Shown: piece after piece, positions 1 through 14,179 of the stretch
Layout of the letters: each line of letters starts with the position of its first letter
How positions within the stretch are numbered: position 1 is the stretch's first letter
DNA from: Tubulanus polymorphus
Lineage: Eukaryota > Animalia > Nemertea
Length of the DNA: 64,000 nt
Assembly: GCF_964204645.1 (NCBI RefSeq)
Contig: NC_134032.1
Location: 2,752,175 to 2,816,174 of the forward strand
Reading direction: 5' to 3'
Position numbers and translations under genes: made by a program
The notes under the pieces: model-generated
The model's input: the letters and a program-made list of their open reading frames with translations, nothing else
Told to the model about the DNA's origin: nothing
Databases searched by the model: none

Positions 1-378
1 CAAAATTTCACGCAGGTTCATTCCGTTATAGTTCTATGTTTCAGAGTTCTGACATGACCCAGTTTAGGAAAAAATACACATGTAGCGATGCATGCGCACG
101 CGACCAATTTCTGGACTTAGAGGATCTCCCCAACACATCCTGATGAGCATGCGTTATAAACAGAGACTTTGGAAACTTTACGGTTTTTGCCTCAGGACGA
201 TGTGACGAAAATTATGGTTATTTCAAAATATGGCGGCCATCTTTGATTGCTTAGTTGCATAATTTATGCAAAACCCACAAAAACCGCTAAATCTACTTAC
301 TTAGAACCTATATACCCAATAAAAACGACATGGACAAGGGATTAAGATTTTTTTGTTGAATAGGTAGGTGCCACCTTT
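1..378. mobile_element. Probable right end of a Kolobok-like DNA transposon (truncated by window start)
   Basis: 231-275 (ggcggccatctttgattgcttagttgcataatttatgcaaaac) closely matches the right subterminal region of the 17839-20636 element (ggcggccatcttggattgctaatttgcataatttatgcgaaaac). Ends ...CCACCTT followed by TTAA. Confidence 0.35.
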
Positions 379-769
379 TAACTAATTTTGTGAACAGCGA
401 AGCTCGTCTACAATTCCAAGTCTTTGGTCCCTTGGGAAAATTGGTCTCCGAATCATGGGTGTCAACTTTCTATACCGCAGCAACGTCAGCAAAGCATATT
501 GGACATCTAGATGGCATTGTGGTTGTTAGAAATGTTGCTGAATTTGCTGCTGAACTGTGTCAGACTCTAACGACCAAAGCTAATGTTTTTGGTAATTACA
601 TGTCGCGGCGTTATCATAAAGAAAAGAAAGTCAAAGAAGATACCACACTCCTTAGTCTACAAAAACCACCACTCCACAAGGGGCAATTCGCTACATTGAT
701 GAGTGACGGCCTCACTTCATCTGTTAGAAAATGTAGCAAACTCGAGAGGTTGGACGGACGACCAATGCC

Positions 770-1230
770 AAATTTTATGTTTCAGTATTTGGAGGGTTCA
801 GCTAGACGGTTCTATGACGATTTAGTAATAGATTAATCAACTAAATTTACTAGCATCATACATTCCTTCAAAGAACTCTTCGAGTCAGACAGTCTGCAAC
901 TCCGAGAAGAGTCTTCTCCGGGTTTCGGCAGAAGAAAGGGGAGTCAGTCAATGATGGAGCAGGTAGACCGACTGGCTCAAAAATCAGTCAGGGACAAATT
1001 GGTTGTTTTCCTCAACGGCTTGGACAGGGCGATCAGGTTAGACGTAATGATGATGAGGCCTGACATGTACGGGAAGGTAGTCGAGCACGCAAGGACTGCG
1101 GAGCAGTTGACCGACCGGGATCAGGTGAACCAAGCTTCCACAAATGACATGACTTTTCTCAAGACAATGGAGGAGATCAAGGGAATGTTCTCACAGTTCT
1201 TACAGCCGATGTACCAGGTACCATCGCAAC
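770..1230 (+). mobile_element. Ty3/gypsy-like gag remnant (degraded)
   Basis: Peptides FQYLEGSARRFY and FLNGLDRAIRLDVMMMRPDMYGKVVEHARTAE resemble retrotransposon gag capsid motifs (LxGxAxxWY; FxxGLxxxIRxxVxxxxPxxxxxAxxxAxxxE). Broken by a stop/frameshift. Confidence 0.45.
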
Positions 1231-2684
1231 TGTACAGCGACAATCAGTGTGACCTAATTTTGAAATTTCTAACTGATATATATATTGTCAGACACACACA
1301 AGCAAATTGATCAATTATCTTGAACAATATATGTGTTCCTGTACCCACCAGCATTAGAAGAATTGCGTCAATATTTACAAGATGGCCATCCTGTAACTTT
1401 TTTATGTGATAAAAGGTTATTTTGACTAGAATGTGCAAGACCTGTAGCTTTCTAATGGTTGACGATTTTTATATTAAGGACTATGACCATGCCCTGTCCA
1501 TAAGATCTAGCTTAAAGTGATAGCAATTAGCAAACATTTCAGGAGGTGCCATAGTATAAAGAGCATAATGTAAATAAAATATGACCTAATCAGAGTGATT
1601 GACTTAAAAATGTATATGGTGTGGACAATGGAGGTTGAAGAAGATTCCACACCCATTCATCACTGGGAAATGCTGACCAAAATCATCCATTCAGAGTGGT
1701 CTGAAAAAATCACCCACATGGCAAGAAATGTATTGCTGCAAAGCGTTTGTTGTAAAGGACCCGTTGAACTTCCTTCCCCTGAGGACATTCATAAACACCT
1801 AAATTTAATGGGAAACTGACGTTCATGAAAACTGTTAAACTGCTAGAAGTACTGCTTCCAACAAGGAATAAACGCGATACGGAGAAACACATAACCAGGG
1901 TTCATTGTCTCAAGCTCAGGTGAAATTCAAGCCATTTCAAGCTAGATTTATACCATTTTCAAGCTATTTTTTAAGGCACGTTGGAAGCAATTTTCGATAG
2001 TCGCAGCCAATTTGCCTATTTTTAACAGGTTCGTATAAAAATGTTAAAAAAGAGGTAAAATTTTGATTCCAGTGGAACCTTCGAGTTGATACGATTCTGT
2101 TAGAGATGGAACCCGTTTAACACAATGATTTTCAGCATTTCCTAGCTTAAATATTCATATCAATCAAGATTTCAGAGTCACAGAGTCACCGTAGATTTCG
2201 AGTTTACCCTCCACAAACAAACCCTGCTTATACTTACATAAAAGATTAAATGAAAATTGATATTTTATTTCCAGATTGTAATTATGACTGAAAATTAACT
2301 GGGGTTTTAGCATCACTTCCCGGGCATGGCAAAAAACCCACATAGATTCCTATCCAACTTTCGCAGTCTAATGCAGAACAATCAAAGATAGTTTACATTC
2401 CCTGATTAATTCTTTAAAATAGGTTTCAATTAGGGTTATTTTTTATGTAAAAAAGTGAAAAGATCATACATGAACTATATGAAGACAACATTGTGTAAAA
2501 AGGTATAAAAAATGAACCAAAGATGTTAAGGATTATCATATTTAAATCATCATGTGTGGAGATTCCATGACTCATGACGGAACATTTTTGTATTACCATG
2601 CACGAATTCTCCGATTGACATGATTATTTTCATGCGTTATTACATTGAAATTAACAATTTTAAATTAACGCATGAAAATTAGCA

Positions 2685-2880
2685 CACATACACGTGTGAA
2701 TCTCTTCACATTAACACGGTTTTCAAATTTACACGTGTGAATTACAAATTCATACGTGTGAATTTTTCAAATTTACACGTGTTATCTTTTTTACATTTAC
2801 ACGTGCCATTTTTCAAATTTACGCGTGTGATTTCTCACATTTACGCCTTTGATTTTTCACATTTACACGTGTGATTTTTC
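2685..2880. repeat. Degenerate minisatellite, ~21-23 bp unit (ttttcaaatttacacgtgtga)
   Basis: About 8 imperfect head-to-tail copies are visible. Confidence 0.8.
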
Positions 2881-3068
2881 TACAACATTATGTATTATCT
2901 TTCATATTGTACACATTGTTGCAATTTATCTCTGAAATAAATAAATTGTCCTATGCACTAAACTGCGGGTTCTTTTTAGTATCATTTTTAGCCGAGAAAA
3001 TTTGTTTTTATTTTTCTTATATCTCAGTAGTCTTGGGGATGCTAAACCATCGTCAATCGAATCGCAAG

Positions 3069-3198
3069 AACAGTTGTGCCCTCCATTTGAGTCACACAAA
3101 CTGATGTGTCCTCCAGTCGAGTCACACGAACTGATGTGTCCTCCAGTCGAGTCACACGAACTGATGTGTCCTCCAGTCGAGTCACACGAACTAATGTG
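3069..3198. repeat. Minisatellite, 30-bp unit (gtcacacgaactgatgtgtcctccagtcga)
   Basis: About 4 near-perfect tandem copies; they explain the MCPPVESHEL repeat in ORF 3002-3199. Confidence 0.9.
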
Positions 3199-3261
3199 AT
3201 CATATCTATATCTCTAGTTTATTGACATAATGTGGCTTTCCTTCAGAATATTGTCCATATT

Positions 3262-4080
3262 AATGGAACAAATGTATCGGATTTGATGGAGAAACATATG
3301 GAGCCATTACAATAGTTAAGAGAAAATCAAAACGGAATTGGACATTAAAATGCTTAACCTGCTGCAAGAATAAAGAAAATTGTCGACATGTTGCACAATC
3401 TATTAATAATGAGTCCGATGTCGTACCAGATATTCGGGATGTTATTCGAGTCCTTCTCAGAGAGAATGTTGAACTAGTCAAGGTGAACATGGGACAGTGT
3501 TTGTCTGTTTCTAAAATATATTTCGGTGATCACAAATAGCATCCACTAGAAGGTGATCCTAATTTTAAGCCGTTAGACGTAAATTGTAAGTGTAGCTATC
3601 CTCTCGATACAGTTCTGCATACGCAACCACCAACTGTGGTTCCACTCATCTTGAGGGATAGAATTAAATTTTGTAAATTATTTTCATCAAAATGTCCAAA
3701 CTGCAATGATATTCTGAATTTTGACGGATGCTCGGTCGGTTTGCTTAATATGGGCGAGTATCTTGTGTGCCATTCTGTTTTCAAAGACTATATGCAATAT
3801 TTTGTGTCAGATGGAACCACACTGCATTCATATCACAATAACTTCCGCTGGCGCCTACACGATTATGGGTGTAGCTCTGAAGAAATAATGAAGAATTTTT
3901 CATATGCACCTTTCAGATTTGCGTGGCATGCTTATTTAGCATTGTTGCACATTTACATTGAGGATGGATTTATGTGCTTTGGATGTGGCACCATTCAAGA
4001 CATTGTAGTGTTTGACGGGATATCGTTATGTTTTCGTAGGGAAATGTTAAATCATAATTCTATCGTTGCCTGCACTAACC
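3262..4080 (+). pseudogene. Fragment resembling the N-terminal part of a KDZ/Zisupton-type transposase (SWIM-like finger plus CxC domain)
   Basis: The upstream frame reads LKCLTCCKNKENCRHV (SWIM-like). ORF 3636-4109 has CPNC...FDG and FMCFGCG...IVVFDGISL, typical of the CxC/KDZ junction. One in-frame stop near 3537; the frame then runs into a minisatellite. Confidence 0.4.
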
Positions 4081-4390
4081 ACAGTTGCCTGATACCGGCG
4101 TTAGACTAGTAGCTCAATACCAGCATTAGGACAGTAGCCTGATTCCAGCATTAGGGCAGTAGTCTGATACATGCGTTAGAGCAACAGTTGCCTGATACCG
4201 GCGTTAGACTAGTAGCTGGATACCCGCGTTTAGAGCAGTAGCTGGATACCCGCATAAGACTACTTAGTAGCTCAATTATACCCACGTAGGCTTGTAGCTG
4301 GATACCCGCGTTAAGAGCATTAGCTTAATATCCACGTAGGCTAGTAGCCCGATACCAGCATTATTGTAGCCTAATACTCTAATTAGAGCA
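4081..4390. repeat. Degenerate minisatellite, ~25-30 bp unit (gcctgataccggcgttagactagta-like)
   Basis: About 11 imperfect tandem copies. Confidence 0.8.
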
Positions 4391-5083
4391 TATTGATATT
4401 GCATCGATATAGGCCTAGCTCATGTCTTAAGTTGAATCAAATAAACTCCATTCATAGCTCAGCCATTTATACAATATACATCATTCGGATATAACATTAT
4501 TCAATCTAAAATGTAAGATAGTTTGGATCATCGACTGGGCTAGGCTATTGAAATTTATTGATAAAAAATTTTAGGCAAATTTTCAATTTTTTCTTCTATT
4601 GTTTCCTTACAGATTTTTCAAGAATTGACAATGCATGTGTTTGTGTGTATGAAATCGACAAATCATTACTGGACGCGCACTGCAATCGCAGCTATACTCA
4701 AATCTGAAATGTAATTTTAGATCTGGCTGCATATGTCGATTCCTCACATTCTGTGATACTGAATGTTACGATGAAATATCAGACATCATTTAATATTCTT
4801 TATTGAAAGTGGATGTTTTTGTGGATATTCAAGGGATACGCATGAACTCACTTATCCAATTTTTAACAAGATGGATATTGAAAGGAGAGCGTCATATTTA
4901 ATGCAATGTCGTGAAAGCATGAGTCGATCGAAAGGTACAATGGCATGTATCGTAACAAATAGTACTTAATGTACCCTCATTCTACTATTGGTATGACAAT
5001 CATAATTCATATTCACAGTTTCTCACTTAATCATCATTTTATAAACTATAAAGCAATCATGAGCAATTAATACTTAATATCCT

Positions 5084-5193
5084 GGGCCAGTTTTAAAGAC
5101 TGGGTATCAACTTTTACCTGGGGGCTAACTAAATTCATTTTCAATTGAGTTTATCCCTGGCTTCAAGTAAATACCAGTCTATAAAACTGAGCC
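5084..5193. mobile_element. Small palindromic MITE
   Basis: gggccagttttaaagactgg ... ccagtctataaaactgagcc are inverted termini, with internal self-complementarity. Confidence 0.55.
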
Positions 5194-5629
5194 GTTAAAT
5201 GTATATGTATGAGACATATGCATTTTTGCTGTTTTAGAAGGTACTGGCAGAAACAGGGCTGCACAAACATTCAAATGAAAATTGACCGAGCTGAAGAAGC
5301 ATTTACACGTGTGTAATGCCGAGTGATTGCATAATAGACATAGTTTGTATAGCCACTATATATATCATATATCACTGGGGATCGTACCCAAGAGTTGGAT
5401 CCAGCATTGTTTGTGATAATTCTAGTAATTCGAATTTGGGACAACAACTGTTTTATTTACCTCCCCAAGAAGAGGATGGAAAACCTAAATACATTACGAC
5501 TTAAACTGAATTTTATACCATGGAATCTAAAACGAAGAGAATAGTTTTTAGAGTCCATGACGATTCCAGGGATGCCGGCTTATGGACCTCAAACGAACCT
5601 CAAAGTTCAAGGACACTCAGGAGTCGATG

Positions 5630-6372
5630 GTTAGTCAATTCGTAGTCCAAGGTGTATTCCCCGCTAACATGAAAATAGCCACAGTCATCCCTCTTCATAA
5701 AACGGGTAGCAAACAAGTTTTCAATAACTATCGTCCAATTTCACTTCTACCAGTACTATCCAAAATATTAATAAAACTTGTGCACATGCGTCTCTTTTCC
5801 TTTTTAGATAAGTAAGCCTATTGTATTCTGAATTCCTCACAATATGGTTTCAGACCCAATCACCCCACCACGCATGCAATAATAGACTTTATTGGCAATA
5901 TATTTAACAATTTAGAAAACAAATATTATTCATTGGGCGTTTGCCTGGATTTATCGAAGATCGAAGGCCTTTGATTCCTTAGATATTAATAAGCTTTAAT
6001 TAAAATTAGATCATTACGGAATCAGAGGACATGTTTATAATTGGTTAGAGAAAATCGAAAAATGTTTTTTTTTACACAAACTTTTTTAGAACACTAAGCA
6101 CGACCTCAAAACTATTAGTGTCTGGTTCAACGCCAATGAACTCACACTAAACTTAGAATAAACTAAATGTGTACTCTATAAACCAAGACGGTCTGTAGTG
6201 TGTAATGACGAATTAACTATTGAAGTTGAAAACCTAAACCTAGGCCTCTCTTCTAACTGTAAATTTTTAGGACTTCAAATTGATGAGGATTTAAATTGGG
6301 AATTACACACTAAACAACTAATAAATTTATTAAACAAAAATCTATATCTTTTAAGAACTGTTAAATAAATTG
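5630..6372 (+). mobile_element. Non-LTR retrotransposon (CR1/L2-like LINE) reverse transcriptase fragment
   Basis: FPANMKIATVIPLHK...NNYRPISLLPVLSKI, then QYGFRPNH, LGVCLDLSKAFD and HYGIRG...WL in broken frames. Confidence 0.85.
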
Positions 6373-7511
6373 CCCATGGGCAAAGTGTGGTTTACCTTGA
6401 AAGCTAGAGGTTGTTTGGGGTAAGGGCATTGCTTGAAAAATCTTTTTAATTCGTGACTTCAAAGTTCTATTGTATTTCATCTTTCTCAAAGAAATATTTT
6501 GTAGTCAAATAAGACCAAAAATATACATTTGTTTGGTCCACGTCCAAAATTTCGTAGGGTACAGGTAGGCGCGGCAGGGAAACTATTTTATATTTTCAAA
6601 GAAATATTTTTCACAATATGAAAAAATATTCAAATAAAATTCATATGATGTCACATATCAGAGAGTGGCTGAATATTGAGTCTTGGGAACGAAACTCTTC
6701 CAATGTATGGCCGTGGAATCTAAAACACCGGAGCGTAGTATTAGATCATTTTAAATCTTGGAATTAACCATTACAATATTCAGACCTCGACCTATACCTA
6801 TAGTTTGCTGCTTAATATTTTCAGGTCACAAGAAATTACAATTTATTATAAATTATATCAAACAGAAAACATAGCGCTCATCTTCTGTTGATGAAATTTC
6901 AGACGCGCCAGCAGGCAGCGTTTACAGTATCACTATAGTAGTGTATACTGTACGAGCGTGTGTTTGTGTATGCAACAGTCTATAGCACAGTCTATAGGCC
7001 TTGTGTAAGTGAATGTTCGCTTGTACTTCAGTCTGGATCAAATTGATCACCGGGTATCAAAATGAAACAATACCTATGGCGGACAATAATTACATTCTCA
7101 TCAGCAATGAGCATTTGAAATTTGCACGTACGGCACCTAGTCCAATGAAACGTTCGCCATTCTATGGCTTTCCCATGATTATTTTAGTAGCGCCGGAATT
7201 CCCCGTATATCCCAAAAACAGCCAATCACATTCGCTCGTAGAGACAACGCCCCTCAAACGAGGTCATTGCAATTATATACGCGAGAGCTAAGAATTTTCC
7301 CGCCAAAAACAGTTTTTTATAGAATTTAAACAATGTTGACCATGTCATCGACGGAGGTTCGCCATATCTTTAATCGCATCGATTATACGTCGTTTAAGCC
7401 GAGAACCAAATAGACAAATGCTCACATAAAAAAACGTACCACGATTTTACATGAATTGGCTCAATGCCAACTTCATATTGCTGACAAAGGTAAACCAAAA
7501 AACTTCCGGTC

Positions 7512-7900
7512 TCTAGCAAATTAATTATGTACTACTTATATTCAAAACCATATCAATTATTCCCTCAGTGTCTGGGGACTACTTCTATCTGCAAAATAAT
7601 CAAATGCTGTCTACAAAATCCAAAAAAAAGCTATCCGACAGATTGATAATACAGCTTTTAATGCAGCAACTGGACCTATCTGCAAGAAATATAAAATCAT
7701 AAAATTTGATGACCTGATTAAGTTTGAAGTCCTCAAATTGGGATACAACCATTTTTATAGGAAATTACCAACCCCAATTTTTGATCTATTCCATATAAAC
7801 TCAGACTTTCATAAATACAATACTAGAAGTAGAAATTATGCCAGGGTTAAACAGCATACCACTAAACTTTTCATAATTCTTTCTTGGCTCAAGTACCTAT
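7512..7900 (+). mobile_element. 3' continuation of the same LINE RT (thumb region)
   Basis: YIQNHINYSLSVWG...IQKKAIR...HKYNTRS, typical of the CR1/L2 C-terminus. Separated from the 5' part by a ~1.1-kb insertion (~6373-7510). Confidence 0.65.
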
Positions 7901-8400
7901 TATATGGCAAAATACTCCTGATCATCTTCGTAAAGTGCCTAGTATCTGTTCTCTTGTCTCAAGGTTTAATAAATTATCTGCTCATAGTTATTGAAATTAA
8001 GTTCGTTTATAAAATCATTGTAAAGAATTTATCATTAACCGTTGCCTCTAACCATGAATTTATTGAATTAATTTTCTCTTGTATTATAATTCATTATTAC
8101 TGTTATTATTGTCATGAATACTGTTACTATAATTTGTACTATGATCATCATTATTCATGTAGTTATTCTATCTATCTATCTGATGGATCATATCTCCTCA
8201 CAAGGACTGATGATCAACACATATCTTCTCAAGATAAACCTCAGATAAATACCAGTACATTAAATCCTGATCACTGAAGGCAGCAAATCATCAATCGAGC
8301 AGAACTCATATTGCAGCAATTACGGGAAATGCAAAGCGACATCCATAGGGCTATCTTGTGTCAGACATCGTAGTTGCCGAATTGAGTGATGAAAATCTGA

Positions 8401-8850
8401 ATTCAAATTACTTCTTCAAACTATTTTCAATACCAAGGTACCACTAATTATTGTGGGCTGTGTGCTGTGAATAACAACATCCTTGGCTCCTCAGATGGTA
8501 CATTTCAAGCTTCAGTTGATATGCTAGACAAAATTGCTGACACAATGTGGATACGTCAGTTTGAAAATTCTACAGTTGGACCGTTGATTAATATATCAGC
8601 TTTACAAGATCGTGAAGGATTTTATAACATAGATGTATTGATAGAATGTCTTCAAAGATTTGGTTACAGCTATTGTAATATAGTTTTTAGCCATAAGAAG
8701 GTGTGCAAGTTTGCTAGAATTAGAAGGCATACTATCTGCTGCCTTCATAGATTCTCAGGATCAAAATTTTCTGATAAAGACTGGTAATAGCGACCATTGG
8801 CTTGTCCTGAAACTCAAAAACAAATTGTTTTGTTTACTTGATTCGAGTTC
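8401..8850 (+). pseudogene. Josephin (ataxin-3-like) cysteine peptidase domain, frameshifted
   Basis: YFQYQGTTNYCGLCAVNN ... GFYNIDVLIECLQRFGY ... (frameshift) FLIKTGNSDHWLVLKLKNKLFCLLDS parallels the Josephin motifs Q-x-C-xx-x-x-NN, GFFSIQV and HW...NS/DS (catalytic C/H/D). Confidence 0.55.
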
Positions 8851-10227
8851 TCGGATTTAAAAAATTCTGGACAAAATGACAGCTCATTATTTTCTGAAGG
8901 ATCACAGTTTGAATGGGGCGATCTATGCAGTATTTAGGCCACATGTACACGTACATGAGAATGACGAACATGTACGAGTAAGTATCAATATTCATGAATT
9001 TCGATTACTCTCTGGATTTTGTACTCACTTGTGTTTCTTCAGTTTTAGATTATTGTGAATTATGCTTATTTATGCTAACATTTTGTAGGGCATAACCACA
9101 TCTGATGTTTGAGGATCAGGAAATGAAGGCAGTCGTAATTCAAAGAAACAGGAACGTGTGGATAATGGGGATTTAAGTTATACTGAAGTGAGGCAAGATT
9201 AGATTTTTACAGTTTGATGAATTTAATATGATGAATAATTCCGAACGTATATATGAAGTTATGTGAAATCAGTTGAAAATAAATCATGTTTTGTAGAACT
9301 CTTCACATCCTGATGATATAGTTGAGACTCAACTAAGCCAGAGAAAGGTATATTCATTTATTCAATAGAATGTTTGGCAATTACTAAATTCTATTGGTTT
9401 GCCATATTGATATGAAGAAGTCGATCTTTGACTTCTCTAAGGTCATATCTATCTAAGGGACATGAGACATTTTGTCCTCTGGAGAATTACATTAAATGAT
9501 ATTCCGTTCATTTTTTATTCTTTATTCAAAATTAAAAGGCAAAAACAACTCATAATTTGTCTGCATACTTAAGCACACGAACAGAAGCCAAAGTAAGTCA
9601 AAATTTAATAACAGCATGAATATCTGATAGGATATAAATCTTTACATTTGTGAATTAGAATGAATTTGTGTTTAAGGGGGTGATACATGAGTGAGTATTA
9701 ATTTAATTTTTTTAATTCCTCATAAGAAGGTTTTCTGTTTTTGCAAAGATAAAAAGTAAGTCAATTTGGATACATTGTTTGAGTCTGCATTAAAAAGTAA
9801 GCTCATTAACTTATTTTCTTGGACTTTCTCTTCTAATGTGACACCACTATTCATCCGGAGTGTAATGGGGGAGAATCGGAAGACTTTGACTTTCAATGGA
9901 CTAACATGTGTTCACTTTTCATATTGAAGTTTTAATATTGGACATGCTAACTGTAACTGCATATGCTGCTGGATTCCACTGAAAAACAGGTATTGTAATA
10001 TTTCTTCGTTTTTGGGAACCATCCAATCGATTTGCATGAAACAGCTGATTATATCAAAACAGAAGTTGTCACTTGACAGTAGTTTTGCATAAGAGGTTTT
10101 TGCCTGATAACACACATATATTTCAAAGATTTTGTGACATTAACTTAGAGGTATTTGGAATATTTCTTCTCACAAGTATATGTAGATGTTGATTCTTATG
10201 AATTTGTATATTTGACCTTTTATGTAT

Positions 10228-11490
10228 AAACTAGGGGTCCAGGGACACCATGCCCACTTGGGAAGTGGTTTCACATGCTCAACAATCTAACAATTTCAAT
10301 ATTCAACGCCCCCTACTGACCATATACAAAAACCAATGACCTTGAAACTCACCACAATCATAGAACATGTCATTTGCTACGATTTTTTAATTGATTGTGA
10401 TAACAAAATATGCGTCGTTACCAATATATTATGGAAACCCTATGTCATTCTACAATTCAACGCCCCCTGGTGACCATGTTCAAAACCCAATGACCTTGAA
10501 ACTCGCCACAATCATAGAAAATGTCATGAACTACAACTTTGCAATTGATCATGGTAACAAAATATGCCTAGGCACCAATATAATAAGGAAATACTAAATT
10601 ATTCAACTATTCAATGCCCCCTGGTGACCATATAGAATTACTAATGGCCTTAAAACTTGCCACAATCATACATTATGTCATGAGCTACAACTTTGCAATT
10701 GATCGTGGTAACAAAATATGCATTGGTACAAATATAATATAGAAATACTAAGATTTTATATTATTCAACGCCCCCTGGTGGCCATATACTAAAACTAATG
10801 ACCTTGAAACTCACCACAATCATAGAACACCTTCTAAGCTACAACTTTCTAATTCATTGCAGTAACAAAAAATTCTCAGCTATCAATATAATGTCGAAAA
10901 ACTTTTCCCACCTTCGAATGAGTACCGATAACACCAAGATGTCAATTGCGTCATAATTGGCTGATCTCAGGTATAAAACATCCCTTTCCAAAGAATAGCC
11001 ATCAGCAATTGCAATGAGAAATGGCAAACCTGTAGGAAGCTACAGGACTCAGAATTCAGGCCAAAATTGACATTTTTGGGCACTAAAAAGGTCATAGGAC
11101 GACCATCTTCAGTCCGATCAACCCAATTTCTGTTACGTGTATGGGCCCTGGGGGGATTCAAATATATACGAAAGATCAAGGTAATTGATCAAAGCGTCTT
11201 CAAAATTTTGCTCAATAAGTTCAAAACGTTATAAAAGTGCTGATTTTGGCAAACAACAATGGCTGCCAGTCGGCCATCTTGATTCTGACAGGGCCAGTTT
11301 TTGGGCTGAAGATGGGTCTAGGGTCGATACATGTGTAACCCAAATATCAAGACATTACCTTGAAGGGTCTTCAAAACTTCCCAAAATAACTGGATTCCGT
11401 CTACGGACGGACGGACGGACGACCGGATGAACGACGGACGAAAAGTGAACACAATAGCCCGCTGGGACAAAAGTCCCCAGTGTGCTATAA
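10228..11490 (+). mobile_element. Helentron-associated non-autonomous element (DINE-1/pearl-like HINE), full length
   Basis: 5' aaactaggggtccagggacaccatgcccac; four ~154-bp internal tandem units (ttcaacgccccctggtgaccat at ~10302, 10456, 10611, 10763); (GGAC)n microsatellite at ~11404-11440; 3' stem-loop tagcccgctgggacaaaagtccccagtgtgcta. Further copies at 15.6-17.7 kb. Confidence 0.7.
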
Positions 11491-12789
11491 AGAAAATAAA
11501 CAATTGCTTTTGGTTTGATAATTTGGCCTTATTAGTTTATAAACTCATTATTATTGTCATATAGTTATCAACATGACACGTTGAACAAAAACAGTGTCTT
11601 TACATGAAAAAGAAAATGTATTGTTTTTTCTCATTAGTTCATTTCGGGTAATATTTCACCGAAATGAGAAATAATTGTGTGTAAAAGCAAATAATCACTA
11701 AGTCATTACTATATTTGTATGTTTGTTGATATATTATGGTTCTCCAAATGTGGTGAATTATGTATGTTATTTGGTGAAAAAATAATAAATTTACAAAGAC
11801 ACATTTCATATGTCAATTTCTTCCCAAAACTTGTTGGTTTCCATGGTAACCACCTGATGGGAATATTTGTCATGAACTTTGAAATTTCATTCCTGTGCGG
11901 TAGACATTTATGTTCTCTAACAGAAAAACATAACCTTTGTGGACCTGAATGCACATGTTGCATTTACTATATGGGACACTGTTGGCAAAAATAACTCCGT
12001 TAGAAATAAGTAAAGTACCCAAAAGTAAAAAATATCAAAATAGAAAAGTGCTAAAGGGTTAATTAGCAGTGGTGCCGTTGGGTGAGGGAATTGAACGGCG
12101 AGCATGTTTTTTATCTAGAAAAACAGTTTCTGGAGAATCGCGCATTCTACACAATTATGTTTCTACGGGAAAATGGAGCGAGAGAATTTGAGATAATTGG
12201 CGGAAACTACACTTTGGCGGCGCTGGACTGAGTTCTGGAAAAGGAAGGTAAGATGATTGACTGACCTCTGTCTCAATCATGATTTGTGTAGTTCGGACGA
12301 TTTAAAATGGTTATACTATACAGGTATCAGTTAAAATGATCCATCATTGCTTCATTAATCAGAACCCTGAGAAATTCTGGGGTCTTAGGATTAGAAATCT
12401 GTTTAGAGACCCATTTATATGGTTCTTAGATTCAATTCACCTTTCTTTCAGACACTGAAAGCGTGTTGAAGAGTTATAAAAGTGCAATTGTTGAATCAAA
12501 TAAAAGCATGTGACCAGCGGAGTTTATAGAATATAGCTTGTAGGAAATTAACATAGTTATGTGAAAATGCATGCTCATACAGCATTAATAAATCCCAGGT
12601 GAGTGAAGAAACAGAGGAAGCACCTGCAATAAGTACAGAAGACAGCGTATCAATAAAAAGTTCAAAACATGCTATTTCGACCAGAAAGTAGGCCATAATT
12701 AATCCATCTTGAATCGGAGAAGTTCCCACTACAATACACTTCCTTTTCATATTATCATACACAAATGTACCATAAAAATTACATGATTA

Positions 12790-13550
12790 CGGTCATACCT
12801 CGATTTAACGCCCCCCCCCCCGATTCAACGACAACCTCGCCTACCGCCTAAATTTAATGGGAAACTGAACATCTAAAATGTACAGGAAAAACCCCGATTA
12901 ATCGCCCCTCGCGTACCACCACCACTAACGTAATCTCCTACTACAATCATATGCAAATGCACTACAATATTTCCTGATTTACCACCATCATAAAAGTCGA
13001 GTAACGTGCCCTCGATTATATTACGAAACGCCACCGTAAAACGATACCGATGACCTCGTTCATCGATCCGATGACCTCACTGTGTTGCATGTCGAGTCCT
13101 CCCACAAAGGTACGATAATCAAAACTATTTCATTAGATGGCACCGCCAGCGCCAAGTGTAAAACAAAAAAATGTAGGAACCAAGATCCATCGCAACAGAA
13201 AATAGCAGACCATTTTTTTCCGTACAATGGAATAAGACCATGATTTAAGGCAGCGTACAGTAGCGATGTCTATGTTTGTATCGATCCCGATTAATATCGT
13301 ACGTACCGTAAATGTTACATGTGATATGATTCCTACTTGCAGCCTACGATGTTCTGATGCACCCCGACATGTTTTGTAAAAAGGTTTTTAATTTTGAAAG
13401 GATGTGTTTTAGATTCTTTCAATATACATCGTTCTGAGCAGATAGTAGGTATTTAGCAGGGATTTGAGCTACTTGACCTGATTTGCTGCCACTCCATTTA
13501 CCTCCAAAATCAGTAATACCCAAATGTGGCGTAAAATCGAGGTATGACTG
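12790..13550. mobile_element. Tc1/mariner (pogo/Tigger-like) non-autonomous element
   Basis: TIRs cggtcatacctcgatttaacgcc / ggcgtaaaatcgaggtatgactg, flanked by TA on both sides. Confidence 0.75.
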
Positions 13551-14179
13551 TATATCTCAAACAGTTTTCAAGTTATCATGTATACAGGAAGTTCATGCGT
13601 CGAAAGTAGATGGCATCAGCCGTCCGTTTGATTGTGCGTGCGTTTGACGATGCAGCGTATCAATTGAATCTCTGGTTTTGGCATAATACAATAGTTTTGG
13701 ACAACTATCAAATTTAAATAAATATACAGTAAGACTCTCCAATGACTGGGAAATGAGAAAGTAAATCCTACAAAATGGCAAACGAATATTTGAGCAGATT
13801 AATAGACCGGTTTGCCCGTTTCGTATAATCGAATATGCCCTTACATTGATTGGCTGCGGGAGATTGATTGGCTGCGGGAGATCAGCCAACTGCAGGGAGC
13901 ATTCATTTTACATCAAATAATCCATGGTATTTTTCAAAAGATAGCCACAAATTCGTTAATTTCTTTTAAATGAATGCGACATTCAAAATTTCATTTCCAA
14001 CAGATATTTGCCGCACGAGTTACATTTTGCACATAAACATAGCATTGCATGACGTTGTGTCAAAGTTACAACCTCATTTGTAAGCAAAGATTTGATTTTT
14101 GGATCCATAACAAGACTGAGATAATTATACCAGCTTTAATCGTCCAATGGTCTTTCATCACTTAACACAGTGGAAATAT

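Noticed and set aside
6373-7510. Defined DNA transposon splitting the LINE
   Set aside because: An insertion is evident, but the inverted ends share only tggtttacctt and no TSD could be read, so it was not classified.
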